In this document: piece after piece, positions 26,156 through 34,842 of the stretch
How positions within the stretch are numbered: the stretch's first letter is position 1
Layout: each line of letters begins with the position of its first letter
Source of the DNA: Anaerolineales bacterium
GTDB lineage: Bacteria; Chloroflexota; Anaerolineae; Anaerolineales; DRMV01
Assembly: GCA_027023425.1 (NCBI GenBank)
Contig: JALVVL010000012.1
Location: 68,285 to 132,284, forward strand
Direction of reading: 5' to 3'
Length of the DNA stretch: 64,000 bases
Made by a program: the position numbers and the translations under genes
Notes under the pieces: generated by a model
What the model saw: only the letters and a program-made list of their open reading frames with translations
Told to the model about the DNA's origin: nothing
Database searches by the model: none

Positions 26156-27147
26156 ACGCAGAACTGTTTGAGCGTTTGCAGGCGCTTTTTGGCGCAATGG
26201 TTGAGCGCGATGTGCCGCTTGCGCCGTTTACTTCGGCGCGGGTTGGCGGCCCTGCGGATGTGCTGATTACGGTGCGGCGCGCCCGCGAACTCGCGCTTGT
26301 TGCTCGCCGCCTTTGGGAGATGGACGTTCCGTTTTTGGTGCTCGGCGGCGGTTCAAACGTGCTCGTTGCCGATGCTGGCGTGCGCGGCGTGGTGGTGCTC
26401 AACCGCTCTAAACAGGTGGCCTTTGACAGGGAAAATGCCGAGGTTTGGGCTGAATCGGGTGTGAACTTGGGAAGCCTTGCCCGCCGCGCCGCTCAGCAGG
26501 GTTTGGCTGGCTTGGAATGGGCAGCGGGAATCCCCGGCACGGTTGGCGGCGCGGTGGTGGGCAACGCCGGCGCCCACGGCGGAGATATTTCCTCCGTCCT
26601 CAAAGTGGCAGAAATCTTGCAAAGGGACAAAGGCAAGGGCTTTTTTACGCCCGACGAGTTGGGCTACGACTACCGCACCAGCATTTTGAAGCAGAACTAC
26701 GACCAAATGGTTGTGCTTAGCGCCACTTTCAAACTGCGCTTGGGCGACCCTGCCGAAATTCAAAGCGAAATGGATGAATACCGTGCCCAACGCGAAAAAA
26801 CGCAGCCTCCCGGCGCGAGCATGGGCTCCATGTTCAAAAATCCCCCCGGCGATTACGCTGGAAGGCTGATTGAGGCCGCTGGGCTGAAGGGCGCTTCGGT
26901 CGGCGATGCCGAAATCAGCACACTGCACGCAAATTTTTTCATCAACAACGGCCACGCAACTGCTAACGAGATTTTGGCGTTGATGGATTTGGCGCGCTCC
27001 ACAGTCGCGGCCAAGTTTGGCGTGTGGCTTGAGCCTGAGATTGTGCTCGTGGGCGAATGGCCTGCCAAGGTGCGCGCGGCATTTTTGAGCAAAGAACCAC
27101 TCCCTGCCGATGATTTCCCTGCTCTCAGGAGGAGGCCAAATGGGTAG
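26140..27147 (+). CDS. murB: UDP-N-acetylenolpyruvoylglucosamine reductase
   Basis: FTSARVGGPADVL, LVLGGGSNVLV and GSMFKNP. The alternative start at 26152 is equally plausible. Confidence 0.9.
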   Translation: MGAKMNAELFERLQALFGAMVERDVPLAPFTSARVGGPADVLITVRRARELALVARRLWEMDVPFLVLGGGSNVLVADAGVRGVVVLNRSKQVAFDRENAEVWAESGVNLGSLARRAAQQGLAGLEWAAGIPGTVGGAVVGNAGAHGGDISSVLKVAEILQRDKGKGFFTPDELGYDYRTSILKQNYDQMVVLSATFKLRLGDPAEIQSEMDEYRAQREKTQPPGASMGSMFKNPPGDYAGRLIEAAGLKGASVGDAEISTLHANFFINNGHATANEILALMDLARSTVAAKFGVWLEPEIVLVGEWPAKVRAAFLSKEPLPADDFPALRRRPNG

Positions 27148-28234
27148 GAAAATGGATGTGGTTGTGCTCTTTGGCGGCAGATCGGGCGAGCACGAGGTTT
27201 CGCTGATGTCGGCGCGGTCGGTGCTCGGCGCGCTTGACCGCTCGCGCTACCGCATTCACCCCGTGGGCATTGCCAAAGACGGCACTTGGTGGGCCGGCGA
27301 GGAGGCGTTGGATGCCTTTCAGCGCGGCCGCGTTGCCGGCCTTACGCCGGTTACGCTTTTGCCCATCCCCGGCAAGCCTTACCTTTGGGAAGTGAAAGCC
27401 GGTGGAATCCGCCCTTATGCCCATGTGGATGTGGTTTTCCCAGTGCTTCATGGCACTTTTGGCGAAGACGGTACTTTGCAGGGCTTGCTGGAATTGGCCG
27501 ATTTGGCGTATGTGGGCGCTGGTGTGGTTGGCTCGGCTGTGGGCATGGATAAGGGCATTTTCAAAGATGTGATGCGCGCGCATGGCATTCCGACCGCGGC
27601 ATATGTGGTGCTTAGCCGCCGCGAAATTTTGGCCGATGCCGAGGCGGCGGCCGAAAAGTGCGAGCAGGTTGCACCTTACCCCTTGTTTGTAAAGCCCGCC
27701 AACCTCGGATCTTCGGTTGGTATAACCAAAGCGCACAATCGCGAGGAATTACTTGCCGGTTTGGAGTTGGCGGCGCGCTACGACCGCCGCGTGGTGGTTG
27801 AGCAAGGGCTTGACGCCCGTGAAATTGAGGTGAGCGTGCTCGGCAACGATGAGCCGCAGGCTTCGCTCCCGGGCGAAATTGTGCCGAGCGAGGAGTTTTA
27901 TTCTTACAAGGCCAAATACGAGGATGAAAATTCGCGCTTGCTCATCCCCGCACCGCTGGATGAGGCGCAAACCGACCTCGTGCGTCGCTTGGCCGTGCAG
28001 GTTTACCGAGCGGTTGATTGCGCCGGTATGGCGCGGGTGGACTTTTTGCTTGACCGCGCCACCAACCAATTTTTTATCAACGAATTGAACACCTTGCCCG
28101 GCTTCACTTCAATCAGCATGTACCCCAAACTTTGGGAAGCAAGCGGCCTTCCTTACCCGCAGTTGTTGGATAGGTTGATTGAACTGGCTTTAGAAAGGCG
28201 CGATGAAAGGCGTCAATTGAGAAGGGAGAAGTGA
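27140..28234 (+). CDS. ddl: D-alanine--D-alanine ligase
   Basis: Start after AGGAGG. VVLFGGRSGEHEVSL, FPVLHGTFGEDGTLQG and FINELNTLPGFT. Confidence 0.9.
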   Translation: MGRKMDVVVLFGGRSGEHEVSLMSARSVLGALDRSRYRIHPVGIAKDGTWWAGEEALDAFQRGRVAGLTPVTLLPIPGKPYLWEVKAGGIRPYAHVDVVFPVLHGTFGEDGTLQGLLELADLAYVGAGVVGSAVGMDKGIFKDVMRAHGIPTAAYVVLSRREILADAEAAAEKCEQVAPYPLFVKPANLGSSVGITKAHNREELLAGLELAARYDRRVVVEQGLDAREIEVSVLGNDEPQASLPGEIVPSEEFYSYKAKYEDENSRLLIPAPLDEAQTDLVRRLAVQVYRAVDCAGMARVDFLLDRATNQFFINELNTLPGFTSISMYPKLWEASGLPYPQLLDRLIELALERRDERRQLRREK

Positions 28235-29184
28235 TGAGGAGCAAAAGTGCCACCAGGGCAGAGCGCTTGCGGACGCGCCGCCGGGAAGATGGGCGGCGGG
28301 TAGGTGCGCGCCGCGCGGCTTCGGCTCAGGCCGTACCGGTGGTGGTGAGCCGCCATGGCGTGGTCAGCGGCGGAATTGCGGCGCCGACGCGCACACCGCG
28401 CCGACGGGTTACTGTGGCGCGCGACCGCAACACCGAAGTCGTTGCTTCCATCCCCGTGGCGCTTTCGGGCTGGCGCTGGCTTTCATTGCTCATTGCGCTG
28501 GGCTCGCTTTTGGGTTTGGTGGTTTTGTGGTATGCTCCATTTTTACGCGTGCACACTGTTCGCGTAGCCAAAACGCAATACATCCCGCCTGCCAAAGTTG
28601 CGGTGGCGCTCGCCGTTGAAGGCCGACCTGTGGTTTCGCTTGACCCGCAGGTGCTCAGGTCTATGCTTTTGCGCCGCTTCCCTGCGCTTTCGGCGGCGCA
28701 GGTGAGCGTTGGGCTTTCTTCGGTGGTGAAGGTGAAAGTAACCGAGCGCAAGCCTGTGTTTGTTTGGCGGCTGGGCAAGCGCACCCTTTGGCTTGCCGAA
28801 GACGGCACCGCTTTCACCCCGCCGTTTTCCCACACTCCGAAAGGGCTTGTTATGCCCAAAGTGCAGGCTTCTACCCTGCCGGAGGGGGCGCGGGAAATCC
28901 GGCCGGGGTTGTGGCGGATGCTGAGGCCGGAGCAGGTTCGCCAGTTGCACATTTTGGCGCAGAGTTTGCCCAAGGGCACCACTTTGGTTTTCCACAAGCG
29001 CTATGGCTTGGGATGGCGAGCGCCGCAGGGCTGGCAGGTTTTTGTTGGAGAAAACATCACTCAGATGGATAAGAGGTTGGCCGTTTATCAAGCACTTTCC
29101 AGTTGGTTTGAGGCAAACGGCATAAAGCCGGCGATTGTGAGCCTGCAATCGCTGCAAGCCCCTTACTATCGCATGGAGCCGTGA
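28231..29184 (+). CDS. ftsQ: Cell division protein FtsQ/DivIB-like (POTRA domain)
   Basis: Arg-rich cytoplasmic N-terminus, TM segment WLSLLIALGSLLGLVVLW, then a POTRA-like region VHTVRVAKTQYIPPAKV...VKVKVTERKPVFVW. The position before ftsA supports the call. Confidence 0.7.
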   Translation: MMRSKSATRAERLRTRRREDGRRVGARRAASAQAVPVVVSRHGVVSGGIAAPTRTPRRRVTVARDRNTEVVASIPVALSGWRWLSLLIALGSLLGLVVLWYAPFLRVHTVRVAKTQYIPPAKVAVALAVEGRPVVSLDPQVLRSMLLRRFPALSAAQVSVGLSSVVKVKVTERKPVFVWRLGKRTLWLAEDGTAFTPPFSHTPKGLVMPKVQASTLPEGAREIRPGLWRMLRPEQVRQLHILAQSLPKGTTLVFHKRYGLGWRAPQGWQVFVGENITQMDKRLAVYQALSSWFEANGIKPAIVSLQSLQAPYYRMEP

Positions 29185-30402
29185 ATGGAAGCGCCCGTTG
29201 TTGTTGGAATTGATGTGGGCACCACCAAAGTTTGTACCTTGGTGGCCCGTTTAGAGCCGGAAGCGCCGCACGTGATCGGCGTGGGGATTGAGCCTGCCCG
29301 CGGCATGAATAAGGGCATGGTGGTGGATATGCGCGCGGCTTCGCATTCCATCGCCCGCTCGGTGGATAAGGCCGCACGCACCGCCGGTTTGGAGATTGCT
29401 TCGGCTTTGGTGAGCCTTGCGGGCTCGCATGTTAGCGGCGAAATCAGCCGCGGCGCCGTTGGTGTTTCGGGCGGCGTGGTGGACGTGCGCGATGTCCAGC
29501 GGGCGGTGGAAGCGGCGCGCGCCATCGCCGTCCCGCACGACCGCGAAATCGTCCACATCATCCAGCGCACTTTCAAATTGGACGACCAAGAGGATGTGCG
29601 CGAACCCGTGGGAATGCACGGCTACCGCCTTGAGGCGGAGGTGCATGTCATCACGGCTTCCAAATCTTCGGTTGCCAATTTGCGGGAATGCGTGCAGTCG
29701 GCCGGGGTGGAGGTTTCGCACTTTGTGCTCAACCCTTTGGCCTCGGCAGAGGCGGTTTTGACCGACACCGAGCGCGAAATGGGCGTTGCCGTGTGCGATG
29801 TTGGCGGCGGCACTACCGACATTGCGGTTTACATCGGCGGCGACGTGTGGCACACTGCTGTGATTCCGGTTGGCGGCAATCACGTTACCCGCGACCTCGG
29901 CTATGTTTTGCACTTGCCGTTAGACCGCGCCGAGGAACTCAAATTGCGCTACGGCCACACTTTGCCTGATGTAGTGCCGCAGGATGAAAAAGTGACGGTG
30001 AAAACCTTTGGCGAAGGCGAGACGGTGCAGGTTTCGCGCTATGAAGTGGCGCAAATCATTGAAGCGCGGGTGCGTGAACTCCTTCAAATGATCCGCCATG
30101 AACTGCGGCGCTCGGGCTATGAAGGCTTGTTGCCCGCGGGTGTGGTTTTTACCGGCGGCAGCAGTTTGCTCGCGGGCTTCCGCGATGTTGCCGCCGATGA
30201 ATTGGAAATGCCTGTGCGCATTGCCAAGCCCGGCAAAGTTACGGGAATGGTTGACCGTTTGCGCACACCGGCATTTGCCACAAGCGTTGGTTTGTTGCAT
30301 TGGGCGCGGCTGTTGCAAACTTCGGCGGTGGAAGAGCCCCCCAAGCACCGCCCCGATTTTGGAGAGCAACTGAAGCGCTTTTTGCGTTCGCTTTTACCGT
30401 AA
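29185..30402 (+). CDS. ftsA: Cell division protein FtsA
   Basis: [27 protein letters not shown] and [11 protein letters not shown]. Confidence 0.9.
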   Translation: MEAPVVVGIDVGTTKVCTLVARLEPEAPHVIGVGIEPARGMNKGMVVDMRAASHSIARSVDKAARTAGLEIASALVSLAGSHVSGEISRGAVGVSGGVVDVRDVQRAVEAARAIAVPHDREIVHIIQRTFKLDDQEDVREPVGMHGYRLEAEVHVITASKSSVANLRECVQSAGVEVSHFVLNPLASAEAVLTDTEREMGVAVCDVGGGTTDIAVYIGGDVWHTAVIPVGGNHVTRDLGYVLHLPLDRAEELKLRYGHTLPDVVPQDEKVTVKTFGEGETVQVSRYEVAQIIEARVRELLQMIRHELRRSGYEGLLPAGVVFTGGSSLLAGFRDVAADELEMPVRIAKPGKVTGMVDRLRTPAFATSVGLLHWARLLQTSAVEEPPKHRPDFGEQLKRFLRSLLP

Positions 30403-30430
30403 TTCCCCGCGAGGGAGGAGGAGGCTTGTT

Positions 30431-31570
30431 ATGGAACAAATGTTTGCCAATCCACAAGGTGAATCGTTTGCCCGCATCAAAGTGGTTGGTGTGGGCGGCG
30501 GCGGCTGCAATGCAGTCAACCGCATGATTGAAGAAGAAGTGAAGGGAATTGAGTTCATCGCCATCAACACCGATGCTCAGGCTTTGCTCTTTTCCAAGGC
30601 CGAAACCCGCGTGCACATTGGCGAAAAGGTGACGCGCGGCCTCGGCGCGGGCGGCAATCCCGAAATTGGGCGCAAGGCCGCCGAGGAATCGCAAGAGGAA
30701 TTGGAGCGCGTGCTTGCCGGCAGCGACATGGTTTTCATCACTGCAGGCATGGGGGGCGGCACGGGCACAGGGGCGGCTCCGGTTGTGGCCTCTATTGCCC
30801 GCAAACTCGGTGCGCTCACCATCGGTGTGGTTACCCGCCCGTTCACCTTTGAGGGGCGCCGCCGCACTGAAATTGCCCTCAAGGGCATTGAAGCCCTCAA
30901 AGAGCAGGTGGATACCCTCATTGTTATCCCCAACGACCGCCTTTTGCAGATTGTGGACAAAAAAGCCAGCCTGCAGGATGCCTTCAAGGTGGCCGATGAT
31001 GTGTTGCGCCAGGGCGTTCAGGGCATTTCGGAACTCATCACGGTGCCCGGCTTGATTAACCTTGACTTTGCCGACGTGCGCACTATCATGTCCGAAGGCG
31101 GTGCGGCGCTGATGGCGGTTGGCGAGGCCGAGGGCGATGAACGCGCCCGCAAGGCCGCCGAAGAGGCCGTTGCCAGCAAGTTGCTGGACGTTACGATTCA
31201 GGGTGCGCGCGGCATCCTCTTCAACATCACGGGCGGGCCTAATTTGACCCTGCTTGAGGTGAATGAGGCCGCCGAGGTCATCCGCGACGCTGCCCGCTCC
31301 GACGCCAACCTCATCTTCGGTGCGGTAATTGACCCCGAAATGGGCGACCGCGTGCGCGTTACCGTCATTGCAACCGGCTTTGACTACAAGCCTTCGGAAG
31401 CGCACATTTTGCAGGGCGCGCAGAGCCGCCGGCCATCGGCTAAGGTTTCTGCCGAAAGTGAGCCTGCGCACCGTCCATCCAAGCCTTCAACCCCGCCGCC
31501 GTTGCCTATTGATGAGCCGGTGGATGTGGACATTCCCACATTCGTCCGCAAGCGCTTGAATCGGCGCTGA
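30431..31570 (+). CDS. ftsZ: Cell division GTPase FtsZ
   Basis: [33 protein letters not shown], and the C-terminal DIPTFVRKR peptide. Confidence 0.97.
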   Translation: MEQMFANPQGESFARIKVVGVGGGGCNAVNRMIEEEVKGIEFIAINTDAQALLFSKAETRVHIGEKVTRGLGAGGNPEIGRKAAEESQEELERVLAGSDMVFITAGMGGGTGTGAAPVVASIARKLGALTIGVVTRPFTFEGRRRTEIALKGIEALKEQVDTLIVIPNDRLLQIVDKKASLQDAFKVADDVLRQGVQGISELITVPGLINLDFADVRTIMSEGGAALMAVGEAEGDERARKAAEEAVASKLLDVTIQGARGILFNITGGPNLTLLEVNEAAEVIRDAARSDANLIFGAVIDPEMGDRVRVTVIATGFDYKPSEAHILQGAQSRRPSAKVSAESEPAHRPSKPSTPPPLPIDEPVDVDIPTFVRKRLNRR

Positions 31571-31577
31571 TAAAAGC

Positions 31578-31616
31578 AAAACTTCCGAGGTCTTGCGACC
31601 TCGGAAGTTTTGTTTA
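31578..31616 (+). terminator. Rho-independent terminator ending the dcw operon
   Basis: AAAACTTCCGAGGTC-TTGC-GACCTCGGAAGTTTT followed by GTTT. Confidence 0.85.
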
Positions 31617-31637
31617 TGGGGCAGAAATCGGCTTGGA

Positions 31638-31772
31638 CTCTATCCGAAAAATATCGTGATGGTGTCATTGCGAGCCCCGTAAGGGCGAAGCAATCCCCTT
31701 TTACCGATCAGGAGACTGCTTCGGCGGCTGTGCCGTCTCGCAGTGACAATCCGCGAAGGATTTTCGGATGGG
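31638..31772. repeat. Palindromic MITE/REP-like element J, copy 1
   Basis: Termini are TCTATCCGAAAAAT ... ATTTTCGGATGG. Core arms GTCATTGCGAGCC..CGAAGCAATCC and GGAGACTGCTTCG..CTCGCAGTGAC are mutually complementary. The element exactly fills the gap between the convergent ftsZ and nucleotidase genes. Confidence 0.8.
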
Positions 31773-31775
31773 CTC

Positions 31776-33650
31776 TTACTCGTTTTTGCCGCGTGCAATT
31801 GCCCAAATCGCTCCCAGCACTATGACGAGCGCCAAGAGAGCCACAGGCCAAATCCACGAAGAAGAGGTGGCCTTGGGCGCGGGGCTCGGCGTGGGCGAGG
31901 GAGCAATGGTGGCTGTGGGCTTCGGCTTGGGGGTGGCGGTGGGGGCAGTAGTGGGAGTTGCGGTTGGCACCGCGGTGGGCGTTGCAGTGGGTTGGACTTT
32001 GACTTTCTTGATGCGCCCTTCAAGTTTCACGCTGACCGGCGAGTGGGCTTTGATGTAGTCCACTACCACATCCGCCAGCAGGGGGCCGTAGTCGTAGGGG
32101 TTGATGGCGTGTTCTTTGAACATGGAATAGCCGTCGCCGCCGTGGCGGATGTAGTTGTTCGCGGCTACTTTGTAGGTGGCGTTGGGGTCAATGGGGCTGT
32201 AGGTGCCGTCGGCGTTGCGCACTTCGGCGCTAACAATGCGGTGCCCAACCGGCTGGCTGGGGTCCCACGAATAGCGCAAGCCCGCCACTTGGAGGAAGCG
32301 CCCCGTGCCTTCATTTTCGGGGTTGTCGGCTTTGCTTACGCCGTTCTCAAGCGCGGCCAAGAGATCGGAGCCTTTGATTTCAAAGGTGGCTACGGTGTTG
32401 CCGAAGGGGAGTACTTCCAGCACTTGCCCGACGGTCACATCGCCGGCGGGGATGCTGGCGCGGATGCCGCCGCCGTTTTGCAGGGCGATTTGTATGCCTT
32501 GATCCTTCATCTTCCATAGGATGGCGTCGGTCACGAGGTCGCCCATTGTGCACTCGGCAAAGCGGCAGTGCGAGCGCTCGCCGTCCAAATCAACGGCGGC
32601 TTTGCCGATAACGGTGTGGCGCAGTTTTTCCAGCGGTTTGGCGAGTTCTTTCACCACTGCGAGCACTTGCGGGTCTTCGGGGATGTTTTTGTCAAGCAAA
32701 ATGGGCTCCCCTTCCCACGCGGTGGCAACGCCATCTTGGTTGAAGGTGGCCTGCAGGTAGCCGAGGTATTGCCCGTAAGCCTTGGCGGTTACGATGAGGA
32801 CGGGCTCTTTGCGAGGTGATTCTACAACCGTTGGGTAAGGCCCGGCGGCTTTTTTGTTGTTGTTTGCCAAGAAGGTGTGCGAGTGCCCGCCGACGATGAT
32901 GTCAATGCCGGCGACTTTCTTTGCCAACTCTTGGTCGCGGTTGTAGCCGAGGTGCGAGAGCAAGATGATGATGTTTACGCCTTTGCCTTCCAATTCTTTG
33001 GCGTATTTTTGGGCTGTTTCAATCGGGTCGGAGAATTTGACCTTATCGCCCGGGCTGGAAAGGATGCTGGTCATCTCGGTAGTGACGCCGATGATGCCCA
33101 CTTTGTGCCCGTTGACGTTCAGGATCACATAAGGCTTGAGCAGGCCTTTGAGGTATGGGTCTTGCGAGGCGTCCACGTTTGCCCCAAGCACGGGGAATTT
33201 GGCGCCTTTGATGAACTCAGCGAGCACTTTGGGGCCAGAATCAAATTCGTGGTTGCCGACCACCATGGCGTTATAGCCGAGCATGTTCATGAATTTCTGG
33301 GCGGCTTTGCCTTGGTATTGGTTGAAGAAGAGGGTGCCCTGAAATTCATCGCCTGCGTCCAGCAAGAGGGCGTCGGGGTGCTCGGCGCGGATCTTTTTGA
33401 TTTCGGTCGCGCGTCGCGCAACGCCGCCGAAGCATTTGCCAGCCGCGGCCGCATCCTGCGAGCACGTCCCGCCGTATTTGTTGATTTGCTCAAAGTGGGC
33501 GTGCACGTCGTTGGTGTGCATGATGTAGAGCGTGAAGGAGCCTTTTTCGCCCGTGGCGGCTCCTGCCTGAGCCGCATTGCCCTTGTGCAGCGCCAAAAGC
33601 GCTATTGCAAGGGCGAAAACGGCAAGTAGTATGGGAATCTTTTTCTTCAT
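31776..33650 (-). CDS. Secreted bifunctional metallophosphatase/5'-nucleotidase with Pro/Thr-rich linker and C-terminal membrane anchor
   Basis: Signal peptide. Motifs MHTNDVHAHF, DAGDEFQG and GNHEFD, then a 5'-nucleotidase C domain. The tail reads QPTATPTAVPTATPTTAPTATPKPKPTATIAPSPTPSPAP + WIWPVALLALVIVLGAIWAIARGKNE. Confidence 0.85.
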   Translation of the reverse strand: MKKKIPILLAVFALAIALLALHKGNAAQAGAATGEKGSFTLYIMHTNDVHAHFEQINKYGGTCSQDAAAAGKCFGGVARRATEIKKIRAEHPDALLLDAGDEFQGTLFFNQYQGKAAQKFMNMLGYNAMVVGNHEFDSGPKVLAEFIKGAKFPVLGANVDASQDPYLKGLLKPYVILNVNGHKVGIIGVTTEMTSILSSPGDKVKFSDPIETAQKYAKELEGKGVNIIILLSHLGYNRDQELAKKVAGIDIIVGGHSHTFLANNNKKAAGPYPTVVESPRKEPVLIVTAKAYGQYLGYLQATFNQDGVATAWEGEPILLDKNIPEDPQVLAVVKELAKPLEKLRHTVIGKAAVDLDGERSHCRFAECTMGDLVTDAILWKMKDQGIQIALQNGGGIRASIPAGDVTVGQVLEVLPFGNTVATFEIKGSDLLAALENGVSKADNPENEGTGRFLQVAGLRYSWDPSQPVGHRIVSAEVRNADGTYSPIDPNATYKVAANNYIRHGGDGYSMFKEHAINPYDYGPLLADVVVDYIKAHSPVSVKLEGRIKKVKVQPTATPTAVPTATPTTAPTATPKPKPTATIAPSPTPSPAPKATSSSWIWPVALLALVIVLGAIWAIARGKNE

Positions 33651-33898
33651 TTTTCACCTCGCTAATTTGAAGATTGGTAGAAAAGCGGTGAAACGATTTT
33701 ACCAGATGCGGGATAATTTGGTGCAAGGATTTGGTCTGTTTATCTGCATTTGCCTTGTCTTTTCGTGCTTTTTCTACACGGTTGTGAAGGGGATAAGGGT
33801 ATTTCATAAGCCTCGTGATACAATCTTCGGTATATAAGCACAGAGCAAAGAAGTAATGCTCGTGGAAATTAAAGCCGCTAAAAACGGCCTTATCAGTA

Positions 33899-34735
33899 TG
33901 AATCTGTGGATGATACCAAGGACGCCAAGGACAAAAACCACAGATTACACAGATTAGCACAGAGGAGAAGATTAGCGATTTAGGATTTGCGGATCTTCCC
34001 TGAAATTGGTGAGAATCTGTGTCAATCGGCGGATGAAACAAACTACAGAGATTACGAAGATTAGCGCAGATTTTTTCTGTGTTCTCTGTAAATTTCTGTG
34101 TTCTCTGTGGTTTTCTCCTTCAATCGGTGCAAATCTGTGTCAATCGGTGGATAGGGACGCCAAGGTCGCCAAGGACACGAAGGGTGCCAAGGGTAACGCA
34201 AAGACGCAGAGGAAACAGAGGCGCAGAGGACACAAAGAAAAAGCCACAGATTACACAGATTGGCACAGATTTTTCTGCGGAATCTGCGAAATCTGCGGTT
34301 TCAATCATCCAATCGGTGTAAATCTGTGTCAATCGGTGGATAGGGACGCCAAGGTCGCCAAGGGTAACGCAAAGACGCAGAGGAAACAGAGGCGCAGAGG
34401 ACGCAAAGAAAAGAACACGGATTACACAGATTGGCACAGATTTTTCTGCGGAATCTGCGAAATCTGCGGTTTCAATCATCCAATCGGTGTGAATCTGTGT
34501 CAATCGGTGGATAGGGACGCCAAGGTCGCCAAGGACACGAAGGGTGCCAAGGGTAACGCAAGGGCGCAGAGGAAACAGAGGCGCAGAGGACACAAAGAAA
34601 AGAACACGGATTACACAGATTGGCACAGATTTTTCTGCGGAATCTGCGAAATCTGCGGTTTCAATCATCCAATCGGTGTAAATCTGTGTCAATCGGTGGA
34701 TGTTTTTCTGCGTAATCTGTGGTTTCTCCTCGCCG
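33899..34735 (+). repeat. Mosaic phased-repeat array L7 (forward), largest locus, with three tandem D-E-A-F-C units
   Basis: Module order c-D-A-I-c-a-B-C-[D-E-A-F-C]x3-B stub. C modules lie at 34121, 34310, 34481 and 34670, giving periods of 189, 171 and 189 bp. The short unit lacks exactly two 9-bp D units. Confidence 0.92.
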
Positions 34736-34842
34736 AGACTGAACAGTTGCACTTTTTCTTGTAATATTTGCTCTCAAAAGCGGCAAGGCTGATATAATTG
34801 GGTTTGCCAAGCGCAAAGATAATCCACCTAAGGAGTGACGAG

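Noticed and set aside
24683-26197. Very long antisense or alternative-frame ORFs inside well-supported genes. Examples are 24683-26197 (-, 504 aa, opposite murC), 59425-60789 (+, 454 aa, opposite ccmF) and 30239-31471 (-, 410 aa, opposite ftsZ). Others are 31743-32519 and 32877-33629 (+, opposite the nucleotidase) and the N-terminal 250 aa of 8865-10205.
   Set aside because: These are typical stop-codon-poor shadow frames of GC-rich coding DNA. Their translations are Arg/Ala/Gly/Pro-rich with no recognisable motifs, whereas the opposite or true frame carries unmistakable family signatures.
33899-34735. A CRISPR array reading of L7 (and of L5 at 11075-11547). The 32-bp C module recurs at regular 171-189 bp intervals, like a repeat with spacers.
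   Set aside because: The intervening 'spacers' are themselves homologous to one another and to other loci, being built from modules D, E, A and F. The period is far larger than CRISPR repeat-plus-spacer lengths. No cas genes or leader are present.
34006-34764. Long ORFs running through repeat arrays. Examples are 34006-34764 (+, 252 aa), 34120-34752 (-, 210 aa), 11108-11587 (-, 159 aa), 6536-7435 (-, 299 aa), 13699-14010 (-) and 51781-52146 (+).
   Set aside because: They are open on both strands simultaneously. Their 'protein' repeats simply mirror the 8-10-bp DNA periodicity. The same modules occur in other frames and orientations with stops elsewhere. There are no RBS or start-context signals. 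They are most likely annotation artefacts of low-complexity DNA.
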